A stretch of 63,911 bases of DNA, the filler included, from Reclinomonas americana ATCC 50394 (Eukaryota), in NCBI GenBank assembly GCA_048213135.1. It is 21 parts of 21 records of this genome, joined end to end, with 100 filler letters (N's around TTAATTAATTAA, not from the genome) between each part and the next. Parts side by side here need not be neighbours in the genome. Positions count along the whole stretch, not along the records: positions 40,328 to 47,975 come from AFZH01017286.1; positions 48,076 to 49,515 come from AFZH01017288.1; positions 49,616 to 53,428 come from AFZH01017290.1; positions 53,529 to 60,173 come from AFZH01017291.1; 17 more parts are not named here. One strand, written 5' to 3'. The notes beneath the pieces were generated by a model. It searched no databases and had not been told where the DNA came from. It saw nothing but the letters and a program-made list of their open reading frames with translations. Positions 43,031 through 55,553 of the stretch are shown here, one piece after another. The position numbers and the translations under genes are program-made. Position 1 is the first letter of the stretch. Every line of letters begins with the position of its first letter.

Positions 43031-43165
43031 GCGCGCCGGTGTTACCCCACGCATCAGAGGACAAGTGGGGCATGTGATTTCCGCTTCAGGCCGGAGAGAG
43101 AGAGAGGGAGACAGGAAAATGACTGTGAAAAAGAGTGTTGTTGATTATCTTTACGTGCGCGCTTA

Positions 43166-46100
43166 TCATGGTTCCGCGGGCCTTCTTCTTTCTTCTCCCG
43201 TAGGAGGGGAGGCACGAGGTGACAGCGAGGACACTTGTTGCACGGCAAGCACTCGATTCAAGTCCTGCCGCAGGCGTGCCAACTCGGCCAGCACTTGTGA
43301 CAGTTGTGGATCGGCAGAGGGGCGACTGGCGCGCGCAATGTGCGGGGCGTCGGTGAGAGCATTGTCTCGATTGTAGCGATGGCGCCGCTCGTGACTGGCG
43401 CGAGGTCAGTATGCATCAAAATTGCAATGGCATCAACACGAAGGAGAAACGCAACATCCCGTAATGCCGGCTGTGACGGCGGTGTAATGCGTGCTGCTGC
43501 TGCTGCTGATCGTGCTGCGCTGCCGCTCCTTGATACTCGTCTGCGTCGCTGCTGGTATTACCACCGCCACCAATACCGCCGTAAAGAGGACCTGGAGAGG
43601 AGTTGCTGCCGTCTGGCGGTCGCACGAGCAGCAACTCGGATTCGTCCACTTGGATGCCGTCGCTCGACAGCATGGGTTTCTCACTGTGCGACGCGTTGTG
43701 AGGGACGACCACAGACGACAAACGGCGCCGGAGTGCAGACAACGAACGAGTTGACGCTGGCACTGGACCTGTTGTGCACGAAAGGGATATGAGCGGGGGG
43801 AGGGATAGAGAGAGAGAAAGAGAGAAACGAGGCACGCAACTTGGCTGGATCGGCGTCCCCGTGGCTGTGATCATGATCTTCATCGTGTTTCGGTGGAATC
43901 TATACAAACTCTCTTTCATCAGCGCCCGTTCCAACATTCGCAAGAGTGCAGCATCGACGCACCCCCGACACTGCCCAGTCGGCCAGCGCGTCCTTGACGG
44001 CGAAGAACGCATCCTCGGTGATGAGGATGAAAATGTTGAGCACCGAGTAGATGAAGAGGGCGACAAAGGTGTACATGTACACGCGGGAGGTGTACGCCAA
44101 CGCCGCTGACTCGCCGTAGGTGGCGTCGAAGGTGTCGCGAACGACGTCTCCGTTGAGCACGGCGAAGAGGGTGACGCAGGTTTCGCCAAAGGTGGCGAAC
44201 TGGAAGCAGGGAGAAAGATTAGGGCAATGGGAAAGGGAAGGGTGGGAGGGGGGAAAGGGGAAAGGGGAAGGAGGAAGGGGGAAGGGGGAAGGGGGGAAGG
44301 GGGAAGGGAGAAGGGGAAAGGGTGGGAGGAAGGGGTATGGGAGTGAGGGGTAAGGGGATGAGGAGAAGGCAAAAGGAAGAAGAGTGAGAACAAAGGGAGC
44401 ATGCAACGAGAGGAAAGAAGTCACAGTGGACATGGCGTGTTTGGCTGGTGATTATGCTGTGGATGCAAGTGGGGAAAGGAGGGAGATGGCAAGAGGAAAA
44501 AAGACAAGCGAGAGGCGAAGAAAGAACTGCAAGGCAAGAGCGATGAGTACAGAAATGCGACTCAAAGATGCTCCTAGTCTCCTACAGCTGCGATAGATTG
44601 AAATTGTGCATCTGAGAAATGGAAAGCGAAAGAAGAGAAACGGAGCAGCACAGTGCTAGAAAACATGAGAGGCAGAGAGAGACAAGAAAGAGGCGATGTG
44701 GGAAAGTGAAAGGGATGAAATAATGACGAATGGACAAGCTCTGCGTGGTGAACGCGACATACCCCTGGCGCAAACGTGCCGAACAGAATGTTGCCCACTG
44801 CAATCACAAAGATACCAATCAGCAACTGTTGCACACTCTGATACACATCGTCCAGCCACGCAACTGAGAGCGTAGCCGATGAACACAGGCAGTGTGCCGA
44901 TGACGAAGCGGAACACGTTCTTCAGTCCACCTCGCAGCGTGGTGATGAGCAACTGCGTATGTGGATGAGAAAAAAGTCACCTGTAAGAGGACGAGGAGGA
45001 CCGAGTGCACAAGACGCACATAGAACTTGGGGTGGTACTCAAAGTAGCGCACGACGTTGATCCAACTGGCAAAGGCAGCCACGCCAACCCACAGATTCAC
45101 GGAGAAGCGATCATAACTCTGCGGAAATGAGATGAGGCGAAGCAAGAGGAGACAAGCAGAATTCAATGAGTGACCTTGAACGTCATTTGCGAGAGGGCAA
45201 GAGAGGCGCCGACTGTGGGAACACGAACGAGTGAGAGAGAGAAGGCGCACTCCACGCAAGGGGTCAGCGAAGCGCAACTAATGTTGGTGAGGTTGGAGAT
45301 GAATGTGATCACCCACCAGGTGTTGAAAGGGCGGAACTCACGTCTGCGGGGAAAATGAGGTGGCAAGCAGGTGACAGCAACTGCGTAGGGAGCACGAAAC
45401 TCCAGCGTGACACCATCCCAGCCCACATGTGGTCCGTCTGTGTGTGGTTGCGTTCGTTGGCGCTGGCGAGTTGGGGGAGAGTGAGTCAAAGAGAGAGAGA
45501 GAGGGAGGAAGAGAGAGGCAGGGAGAGACACGGAGAGGAAGAGGGAGAGAGAGTGGGAGAGAGTAAGAGAGAAAGAGAGAGAAAGAGTGAAAGAGAGAGA
45601 GACAAGACAGACAGAGAGAGACAGACATATACGGAAAGGGAGAGAGTGAGAGAACGAGGAGAGAGAGAAAGAGGAAGAGAGTTAAAATAGAGTGCGTACT
45701 GATCACAGCAGAGTTGTGAGCGAATCACTGAGTGTGCACGCTGCTATGACCAATGTCAACTTACTGTCTGCATCCACCAGCACTTTTCTCTTACCCACAA
45801 AGGTAGACACATTTCTTGCACGAGATCGAGAAGCAGAGAAGATGAGGAGAGTTTTGCTTCCAAAGTTATGTGCCTTGATAACCTTCCGACGTTGCAAGGC
45901 TATAGAGCCAGCACGCCTCATTGCATTCGGCTGTTGAAACTCACACATCTCACTCACTTCTCTCTCTCTCGCTCTCGTTCTCTCTTTCTCTCTCACCTCT
46001 ATATCTCTGTCTCTCTCTCTCTCTCTGTCAGTCAGTCCGTCTTTCTCTCTCTCGTTCTCCCTTCCTCTCGCCTTCCAGTTAGGAGAGAGCATTCACATGC

Positions 46101-47896
46101 TCTCGCGCTCTCACTTAATCTCTCACATTCGTTCTGCAGAACGAGTGTGTGTCTCTCTCTGGCAGTCAGTCTGTCTTCACTCTCTGTCTTTCTCTGCCAT
46201 TCTCTATCTCCCTCTTGAGAGAATGTTCACACCCTCCCGCGCTCTCACTTTATCACTCTCGCTTTCGTTCTGCAGAACGAGTGTGAGGCAGGCGGCCACC
46301 AGTCTCGAAAACAAGCACGTGTAACTCTGCTGGTATCCTCTCTCGGAGAATTTGACACGCTCTACCCACTTCTGATCTCCCACACTCACCCGATACATAA
46401 TGTACGCCTGGATGATGGACTTGGTGGTCAGTGCCAGCGACCAGACCGGCAGCACAATGAGGAACACGCTGAGCCAGAAGTTGGGCGAGCGGACGAGCAC
46501 GGTGATGGAGGCTGCACAGGAGGAAAGAGGGGGAAAGGAGGGCAAGGGGAAGAGTGAGGAAAAGAACGAGGAGAAGCGAGGGAAAAGAGGGGAAGTGAGG
46601 GGAAAGTGAGGGGGAAGTGAGGGGACAATAAGAGAGGCGGAAGACAGGGGAAAATGGGAAGATATGAGTGGAATGAAAGCAAAGGGCGAGAGGACAGTGG
46701 AGTGTGCGAAGGAGATGCATCACAGAGAACAGGAAAGCTAAAAACAGTGTACGAGTGGACTTTTGCCAGAGAGAAAGAGAGAAAGCAACATACGAGAGTG
46801 GAGGAGAGTTCACCAACAACTCAACAGATCGACTGCATAAAGTTGCTTGCAGCAGGTTGGCAAGCTCAACAGCCTTTTCCTCATGCTCTATTCTCCGAGA
46901 GCATAAGGGACGAGATAGAAAGACGGCATGCAGTCACAAAGGAAACCAGCTGCTCATATTCTTACTTCTTCGCTTCTCTAACAGCGCTAGAGCAGGAGGC
47001 AACGAAGGTCAACCATCCCCTTTCCCCCCATTTTCGCACCTTCCTGATGCGCACAGAACGACGGTGTAAAGCTAATCGACTCGAGAATCGAGCCGCCGCG
47101 ATGCGAAAAGTCGAATGTGTTCTGCGCGCTGGTCAGCTTGCAATCACTCATTCATCGCCCTCCGCCATCCACCTCACCTGCAGATTCCACACCACGCACT
47201 CCAAGTAGCCACTCGACACATCCTTGCTGCGGATCGAATACCGCACCTCCATGGAAGAGAGGCGGCCAAAGAAATCTGTGCGCACACACACACAAAGTGA
47301 GAGAATAACCGCGTGCGGCGCCATCGCCTCTCTCTTCGACAAACCCGTGGCCGCATCCGAGTTCACGTCCTGCAGTGGACCCAAGTCATTCGCCGTGATG
47401 ACATATACGGTCTCCACGAGCGCCGAGTCAAACTCCTCTTCGTAGGTGCGATCGCGCACAGAGGAGGACTGGAAGGTGAAGGTGTGCAGCTCCACCGAGT
47501 ATGGCTTCCCGTCCACGTCGGTGTCGTAGTACACGTCGAGGCTGGTGCTCGATAGTGCCACGTACTGTTAAAAAGGGGAGGGGAGGGCAGGGAGAGAAGA
47601 GGAGAAGAACAGAGGAGAATAGAATAGAGTGGAGCGGAATAGAAAACGGCACACGCCACGAAAGATGGGAAAAAAGAGAGAGGAGAAGGACAGAGGAGAA
47701 TGGAATAGAACAGAAAACGGCACACGCCGCGACAGATGGTGCGGAAGTGCGAGGAAGCGAGCAGAGAGAAGGGAATAGAGTGGAGCGGAATTGAATACGG
47801 CACACGAACCAAGACAGACGAAAGAGAGAGGAGAAGAGCAGGAGATCGGAATAGAGTGGAGCGGAATGGAAAAAGGCACACGCCACGAAAGTTGGG

Positions 47897-47959
<63 letters not shown>

Positions 47960-48462
47960 AGAACGACACGACGACNNNNNNNNNNNNNNNNNNNNNNNNN
48001 NNNNNNNNNNNNNNNNNNNTTAATTAATTAANNNNNNNNNNNNNNNNNNNNNNNNNNNNNNNNNNNNNNNNNNNNGTTCTGTCTTGTCCTCGTCTGCTTG
48101 TCCTCTCTCAGACTCTCTCTTCCTTCTACTACTCTCTCTCTCTCTCACTCACTCTCTCTCTCTCTCTCTCTTCTCTCTTCTCTCTCCCTCCTCTCTCTCT
48201 CTCTGCAGCACTCAACATTGGTCAACACCAGACACGCAGTGACGACGTGGATGAACATCTTGAAGGGGAACTTGCCGAACTTGTACCACTGAGAGCAACA
48301 CACACACACACACAGAGTGAGAGAGACAGAGAGAGACAGAGAGAGACAGAGGTGACAAAAGACCTTGTTCAATGGTGATAGATAGAGTGGAGAGGTGGAG
48401 GGCATGTGCTTGCCGCGAAAGGCGCGCGGCTTGCGACAGCACAACAGCTGCTCAAGTGCCAT
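43166..48462 (-). CDS. MCOLN: Mucolipin (TRPML) cation channel, multi-exon
   Basis: LSPLNKWYKFGKFPFK, FNTWWVITFISN, WINVVRYFEYHPKFY, LITTL..RF..G..PVFIGY, pore TLFAVLNGDVVRDTF and YMYTFVALFIYSVLNIFILITEDAF. Confidence 0.93.
47615..47890 (+). repeat. Intronic ~75-80-bp degenerate tandem repeat (4 units)
   Basis: gaatagagtggagcggaat-gaaaacggcacacgcc recurs near 47622, 47702, 47773 and 47849. Confidence 0.8.
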
Positions 48463-48870
48463 TCTTGAAGAGTGAGATGTGAGTGCGCGTCCTGTGAAGT
48501 CTCCGGACTCGGAGCAAGCCTCTCTCTCCATGCAGAAAGTATGGAAAGCAGTTGGTATCACAGCAGTAGCACTTGTGCAGTGAGGAAGGGTGAGAACAAG
48601 CGTTGCACTTGGTCTGTATGCAAGCATGTGTCCCGATATTGGACAGTTGCGCGAGAACGAATGATGCAGAAGGCTGGAGAATACGCGCAGAGAGTGCAAG
48701 GACGAGCACGGGCACATTGTTGACCTTGGGCTTGCGGTGTTGCAGCTGTGTTCGAACTCTGCCGAGTTTGCAAGCCAATGGTCACGAGCGCAAAGACCCA
48801 CTGGGTGTTGCAACTGGCAAACCTCGGCTCCCTCCTTGACACTGAATACGAGACGATCCACACCAACACG

Positions 48871-49515
48871 CACTGAAAACGCCGTGAAAAGACGACCTTT
48901 CGTCCGTCGATATCGCGACGTTTTATGTCCTGCCTCTTAAAAGGCCTTCTACGTGCCAAACACCTTGCATCATAATTCGCCATAGCACCACCTTATAGTC
49001 TGTCACATTATGCGCCGCAATACACACTGAGAACACCGTGCAAACACGACCTTCGCCGCTTTTTGTCCTGCCTCTCTTCACTTTCTCAATCTATGACCTC
49101 TCCAGGAGCAACCACCGGAGGCACTCCTCCTCTCTCCGCCTCCTCTGCCTCCTCACAACAACAGAGACCTCCCTCACTCTCTCTCACAGCCTCCTCTCCT
49201 CTCCTTTGCAACAACAGTTGCAAGAGAGCTCCAAAGTCGGCTTCTTCTGTCAGCACTGCAAGCAACTATGTTGCTGTTTGGAATAGTAAAGCTGCTGTTG
49301 GTGTCGTTTTTGTTGTAGCAGCTGGGTGGAACGATATTGATATCGATTACAACGTCGACAAACTGTAAAGGCCTTCTACGTGTCAAGCACCTTGCATCAT
49401 AATTCGCCATAGCTCTACTTTGCAGCCTGTCATACTATCCACCGCAGTACACACTGAAAACACCGTTTGAACACAACCCTTCGCGCCTTTTGTCCTGCTC
49501 TCTTCATTTCTCACA
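48871..49515 (+). repeat. ~150-bp direct repeat (two full copies ~427 bp apart plus a partial) upstream of mucolipin
   Basis: aaggccttctacgtg-caa-caccttgcatcataattcgccatagc...acacactga-aacaccgt at 48940-49088 and 49367-49515, with a 3' half copy at 48871-48938. Confidence 0.85.
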
Positions 49516-50202
49516 NNNNNNNNNNNNNNNNNNNNNNNNNNNNNNNNNNNNNNNNNNNNTTAATTAATTAANNNNNNNNNNNNNNNNNNNNNNNNNNNNN
49601 NNNNNNNNNNNNNNNGAAGAGAAGGGGTAAGAGAAGGGGGAAGGAGCAAGGGGAAGGGCAAGGGGGAAGAGAAAGGGGGAAGCGAAGGGGCAAGCGAAGG
49701 GGGAGAGAAGGAGGGAAGAGAAGGGGGAAGAGTGGGGGAAGAGGAAAAGGGAGGAGAGGAGATGAGAGGAGAAGAGAAGGGGGAGAGTTGGAGGAAGAGA
49801 GGGGAAGGGAGTGGTGGTGATATCGAGAGACGTTGAAAATGCGCCTAGGCAGATGACCTGGTGCGTGAGTGAGAGAGAGTGTGTGTGAGTGCAGAGGGCA
49901 TCGGAATCTCCTGAACAACCGAGAAAGATAGCAAAGAAAGTAGTTGTGAAGGCGCTTCGCGAGCTGGTGGCGAGCGAGGGCGCGCCCGCATTGCTGAAAA
50001 CAAAGAGGAGATTAGCCTTGGCCTCTCTGCATTTTACCATTCTACACTGCCCCTGTAATCGGCCTTCACCGACGTACGTTTCACGAGACCGCACAAAAGA
50101 CAGACAGCAAACGAAGTAGGAAACACGAGGTGTATTCAGCAGACCATTTCTCTCACTCTCCCCGCCCTTCCCTTTCCCTCCCTCCCCCTTCCCCTACACC
50201 AG

Positions 50203-51322
50203 GACATCGAATCCGACATGCGCCTCTACGAAGGCATCCGCGAGGACGAGGCGCACCTGGAAAACATCGACCGCAGCATCTCCAGCGAGGCACACCGCGA
50301 GGAGATGCGCCGCTTCGCCGAGGAGGAGGAGACGCTGCGGGCGGATCTGGCGCGCATGGAGCACGAATTGCGGCAGATCGAGACCGAGGAGGCCAAGTAC
50401 GCGGCCGAGCGTGACGAGCTGGCGCGCCGCGAGGAGGACTACTGGGAGCAGTATTTTGACTACCAGACGCAGCTGCACGACTTTTTCGAGGAGCGCGACT
50501 CGATCCAGCTGCGCACGTGCGCCCTGCTGGAGAAGCACCAGAAGCTGAAGGCCACCAACGTCCTCAACGATGTGTTCCACATCGACAAGGACGCGCATTT
50601 CGGCACCATCAATGGTCTCCGTCTCGGCAAGTTGACGTCGATGCCGGTGGAGTGGAGTGAGATCAATGCGGCGCTCGGGCACACGTGTTTCCTCGTGAGC
50701 ACTATTGCGAGGAAGATTGGATTGGAGTTTCAATTGTTGCGCGGGAGGGGGAAGGAGGGGGGAGAAGGGGGAGAAAGGGGGATGGGACAAGGGAGGATTG
50801 AGAGGGCTCAGAGATGGAATTTCGCTGACTCTGATAGTCTCCCTCTCTTGATTTTGGGAGGAAGGAGGGGGTGATTGTGAAATCAGGCGCAGCGGAGGAA
50901 GAATTGATGAATAGAAGAGAAGTCTCTGGCTTTGATTCAGAGGATATATGGTGCTGTTGTCAGTCTTGCTGACTTTACTATTGGTCTCGGTCGCTGACGA
51001 CTTGAGCTGGTGTGTCCTTCTTTCCTCGTTCTCTCTCTCTGTTTGTCAGTCGTTCTTTAATCATGCAGTCTGGCGGCAAGTCTCTCTCATTCTCTACATT
51101 TCGCTCTCTTTCTCCTGTCGCGCGCGTGCTGCCTCTCGCTCCAGCTGGCTCCACTCCCCCTTTGCTCCATCGCGTCTCTAATTGTCAATTTCTGGCACCG
51201 ACTTGCTCTCTCTCTCTCTCACTCACTCACACTTGCACTCAGTCTCTCTTTCTCTCTCTCCCTTGCTCTTTCGCGATTTCTCATTGTCGATTTCTGGCAC
51301 TGACTCTTATCTATCTCTCTCT

Positions 51323-51367
<45 letters not shown>

Positions 51368-52365
51368 GTTCTCTCTCTGTCTCTGTCTCTGTGTGTGTGT
51401 GTCTGTGTGTGTGTGTGCGTCCCTCCCTCTTTCCGTCTCCTTCGTCCTCTCTTTGCTCACTGCCTCGGTCAACAGAAACCGCCTGACGCCCATGGGGAGC
51501 TACTCAAAAGTCACCAAGCTGGACCGCTCGCGCACGGTCTACGACCTGGCCGGCGGCGGCGGTGGCATGTTTTGGAACAAGAAATTCGACAATGCGCTGT
51601 GCGGTTTGCTGGAGTGCGTGATGGAGACGGCGGCGTTTCTTGCCACGAGGGATCCGTCGTTTTCGCTGCCGTATCCGTTGCGTGCATAGGGGGGAAGAGG
51701 GATGGGGGAGAGGGAAGGAGAGAGAGATCATCGTATCTGCTGCTCTGTGTGTGAGAGAGGGGGGCGGCAAGCAAAGAGATTGTGATACGTTTTTGCTCGA
51801 TCTTTTCGTCTCAGTCGAACCGCGCATGTGGTTAGAGAGTGGCAGAGAAGGGTTAAGGCATGTGGGGCCATGGCTGTTTCTGCGTCTTAGGAGACTCGGA
51901 ACGTGACAAAAGAGAGAGAGAGAGAGAGAGAGGACGTCTCTATGCATCGAGCTGGTTGTTGCATAGTGCAGTACCTACGTGTCTCCTTTGCGTTACTCTG
52001 GACTCATGATTGGGCATCGATTACACTGCTGTCTCGATTTTGAGAAGAATGGTAGAGCGAGAGTGAGAACATGTTACCAAACTGTTGTGCCTGTTGCATT
52101 TGAGAAGCAGAATGAGAATACTCATCTTATGTTCCTTCCTTTCCTCCTCCGTGCAGCATCGATGGAGAGACAGTGGGCGAGCTGTCCGTGCGACTCGGCT
52201 CCTCGGACGAGAAATGGACAAAAGCCATGAAGTACATGCTGCTGGACATCAAGTTGCGTCTCCTGTGCGCGATTGCTGAGTGCCTCGCTGTGCGCTCACA
52301 CCTCTTTGTTGCGCAGAGCGTGCTTGACGTGTGTTGTTGCGCTGAAATCACAAAGACCATCGTAA
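50203..52365 (+). CDS. ATG6: Beclin-1/Atg6, 5' part in gap
   Basis: LKATNVLNDVFHI, FGTINGLRLG, VEWSEINAALG, KKFDNAL, LPYPI, WTKAMKYML. Confidence 0.95.
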
Positions 52366-52449
52366 GTCGGAAACAAAGTAAACCGACAGCATGCATCGAT
52401 GTTACTTTTGTCAGTTTCTCCTCTAACTCTCTCTCTCGGTCGGAGCGCT

Positions 52450-52606
52450 TTACGATCCGCCACCACCGCCGGCACCGCCGCTGCCGCCGCCGGCAAAGAG
52501 TCCGTTGAGCACCATGATCAGCACCACCGGCACAATGTAGATCCAGTATTTGGCGAAGAAGCCCGGCTCGGGGGCGGCGACCGGGGTCTCGCGGCGGACA
52601 GAGGGC
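52450..52606 (-). CDS. EMC10: ER membrane protein complex subunit 10, last exon
   Basis: [23 protein letters not shown] followed by a Gly-rich end, matching the EMC10 C-terminal TM motif. Upstream exons were not located. Confidence 0.75.
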
Positions 52607-53557
52607 CTTTAGGGGGGAGAGGGGGTAAGCTCGTGATCATACACACACACTCTCACTCTCCCTCTCCGTTTTCTCTCTTGTGCACATCGGTCGACAGCAG
52701 TACACAAGTGCAGTCCAGCACTCTTTTCTATGTTCCCCACTCTCTCTCTATTGTACAATTCAGACAAGCATACATCGTGACAGCAAGGAGAAGTCGATGA
52801 GCCTCTCTTACTTCCCTAATCATCTGTGTATCGCGTAAAGATAGAGAGTGCAACACGCCGTTACCTCTCGCTACTTCTCTCACTTTTCTTACAACGTGTG
52901 CAGGTCGCATAAGAGCGACAAACTCAAGCACAAACCACGGGTCGGGTGAGCGGTAACTTTGTTTTTAATCTCCCTTGCGAGCGGTGGCACACTACCACAC
53001 TCACACAGGTTTGACATCTATGTACTTTTTCGCTCCCACTGCGTGCATCTAATGCATGCTCCTGTGCGCTGAAAGTTCTGCAGACATCATTACGAATTCG
53101 AACGGCGACGCACTATTCTCTGCGCGTGTCTCACTCTCTCCTCATCTGCAAGTCAAACACCTCTTGTGTCGCATACTATTTTGAAAAAAACACATCGCAA
53201 GGGTTACAAAACTCAACCCTCGCTACTTTCTCTCTCTCTCTCTCTCTTTCCCTTTCTCCCTCCCTCCTCCTTTCCCCCTCCCTCCCCCCTTCCCTCGCTT
53301 CTCACCTCACCGCCCTTCCCTTCCACTCACCCTCCCCTTTTCTCTCTCTCTCCCTCCCTCCCCCTTTCCCTCTCTCTGCCCCTCTCACTCTCATCCTTCC
53401 CCTTTCTCCCTCCCTCCCCCTTTCTCCCNNNNNNNNNNNNNNNNNNNNNNNNNNNNNNNNNNNNNNNNNNNNTTAATTAATTAANNNNNNNNNNNNNNNN
53501 NNNNNNNNNNNNNNNNNNNNNNNNNNNNCTCTTCTCTCTCTCTCTCACCTCTCCTTC

Positions 53558-53593
<36 letters not shown>

Positions 53594-54477
53594 CCATGTG
53601 TGTCTTTTCTCTCTCTCTCTCTCACTCACCATCAGACACTGCAAATTGCACCTCGAATCGTGCTTCAGTGAGGCACACAGCGCACACACTGCACAGTGCG
53701 AAGAGAAGCAGCAACGAGAGGCGCATTCTCTCAAACAACAATGTGAGAATGTGACAATCAATGTGTTGCGGGACGAGGGGACCCTTCTATGGGCCTTTCC
53801 TGACTCTGTGTCCATGTGGTGGGGAGAGAAGTTGAGTGGTAGCTACTTGGGAGACAGCAGGAAACAGAAAAAGGCGAAAAATGCCTCAAAAACGCTCAGA
53901 AACGTCAAAGTGCTCGCACTATGTGGTCTCCCTGCTAGCGGAAGGAAGAAGGGGAAGAAGGGAGATGAGAGCCGAGTACACGAGCAACAGGTGCTTTGAT
54001 GACCAAGAGCATCTTGAAGGCAGGGCAGCTGCAGAGGAATCCATAGATTTCCTGGCAGCAGGAGGTCCAGGCAGCTGGCCAGCTCGACTTCAAGGTATGC
54101 CCGCTCTTTTGCTACTGTCAAGACAACAGCTGCTTGATTTCACAGTTGTTGCACCAACGAGGGTCGACCGGCGAGTAAATCGCGGTCGCTGCGATCTTGA
54201 TGCACTTGCTCGATCTCGATATCCTCTCTCGCTCACGCATGTTGTCTCGCCTTCAGTGACGGCTGCACACACGAGTGAAGCGATCCGATGCATGCCACCC
54301 CACTATACGCAGCGCCGAGAACACGGCTTGCTCCCTCGTCCTTCCCCCTCACCTCACCCCTCCCTGCTCTCTCCAACAACCAAAAACCTTCACTCTCACT
54401 GAAAGGAAAAATATAGAAAAAGAGACGAGTGCATGCAAGAAGTAAAGAGACCAAACGGGAAGAAAGAAAAACCACTG

Positions 54478-55522
54478 TCATAGATTGTGGCTGGCGGAGA
54501 CGGTGGCGGCGGCGGAGAGCGACGAGCGTCGCAGAGCGTCCGAGGGAGTGGTTGGCGTGTTGGCGTCGTCGTCGTCGTCGTCGTCGGAGCCTTCGGATTC
54601 GTCGAAACGCGAGTGCAACTGCTCGTAGAGTCGCAGCGCCTCGCGTAGTGTGCGCGCCTCTTGTGGGTGGCGCTGGAGGGCGCGCAGGACGGCGCTGACA
54701 CCCTGCCGCTGCTGCACGGCCATTTCCAGAGTGGCGCCAGCGCTGGATTGGGAGGTGCGGCGCACGGCGGGGGAGCGGGTGGGCGGGCTGGAGGGGTCGA
54801 GGTGTTCCGCGTCCAGATCGGCCGAGTGCTGGCGGATGCGCGGGGCGGCGCGGGGGGCGGGCAGGATGTCCAGCTCCACGTCCTAGAGAAGGGGAAGGAG
54901 AAGGGAGGGGGAGGGAAGGATAAGGGTGAGGGAAGGAGAAGGGCGAGGGACGGAGGGCGGGAGAGAGAGGAGGGGGGAGAGGAGAGAGAGAGAGACTTGG
55001 AGTGACAGGAAGGGTAAGAGAGTGAGGAGGTAAAGAGGAGAGAGACGAAGGGACAGTGAAGAGAAACAGAGAGAGAAAGAGGATGAGAGAATGGTCGACG
55101 AAATGAACAACAAAGACTGCGAGAGAAAAGTGAGAATTAAACAGAATGAGAGAGAAGCGAGAACAGTGAGGGAGACAACGAAAGAAAACGACAGAAAGAA
55201 AGGAATAAAGAGATAGAAAACGAGAGAGAGCAAGGGAAGAGACGTAGAAAGAGAGAAGGAGAAAAAGGCCGAAGAACAGAGGAGGCGAACACAAAGGGGA
55301 GTGAGAGAAAGAGAGAGAGAAGAGAGCAAGGTAAGCGAGAAAGCGAAAGACAAGGAGAGAAAAGCGAGAATAGAAAGGGAAAAGAGAAAATAAGAGAGAG
55401 ATAGAAACGAGAGAGAAAGAGAGAAGAAAAGCGTGCGAGAAGAGACGTAGAATGAGAATGCGAAAGGGACCGAGGAAGGGAGGAGGGCCAAAGAACAGAG
55501 GAGGTGAACACATTTGGGAAGT

Positions 55523-55553
<31 letters not shown>

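Noticed and set aside
54105..54165. Weak resemblance (tcaagacaacagctgcttg) to the dispersed repeat
   Set aside because: Match too short to distinguish from chance.
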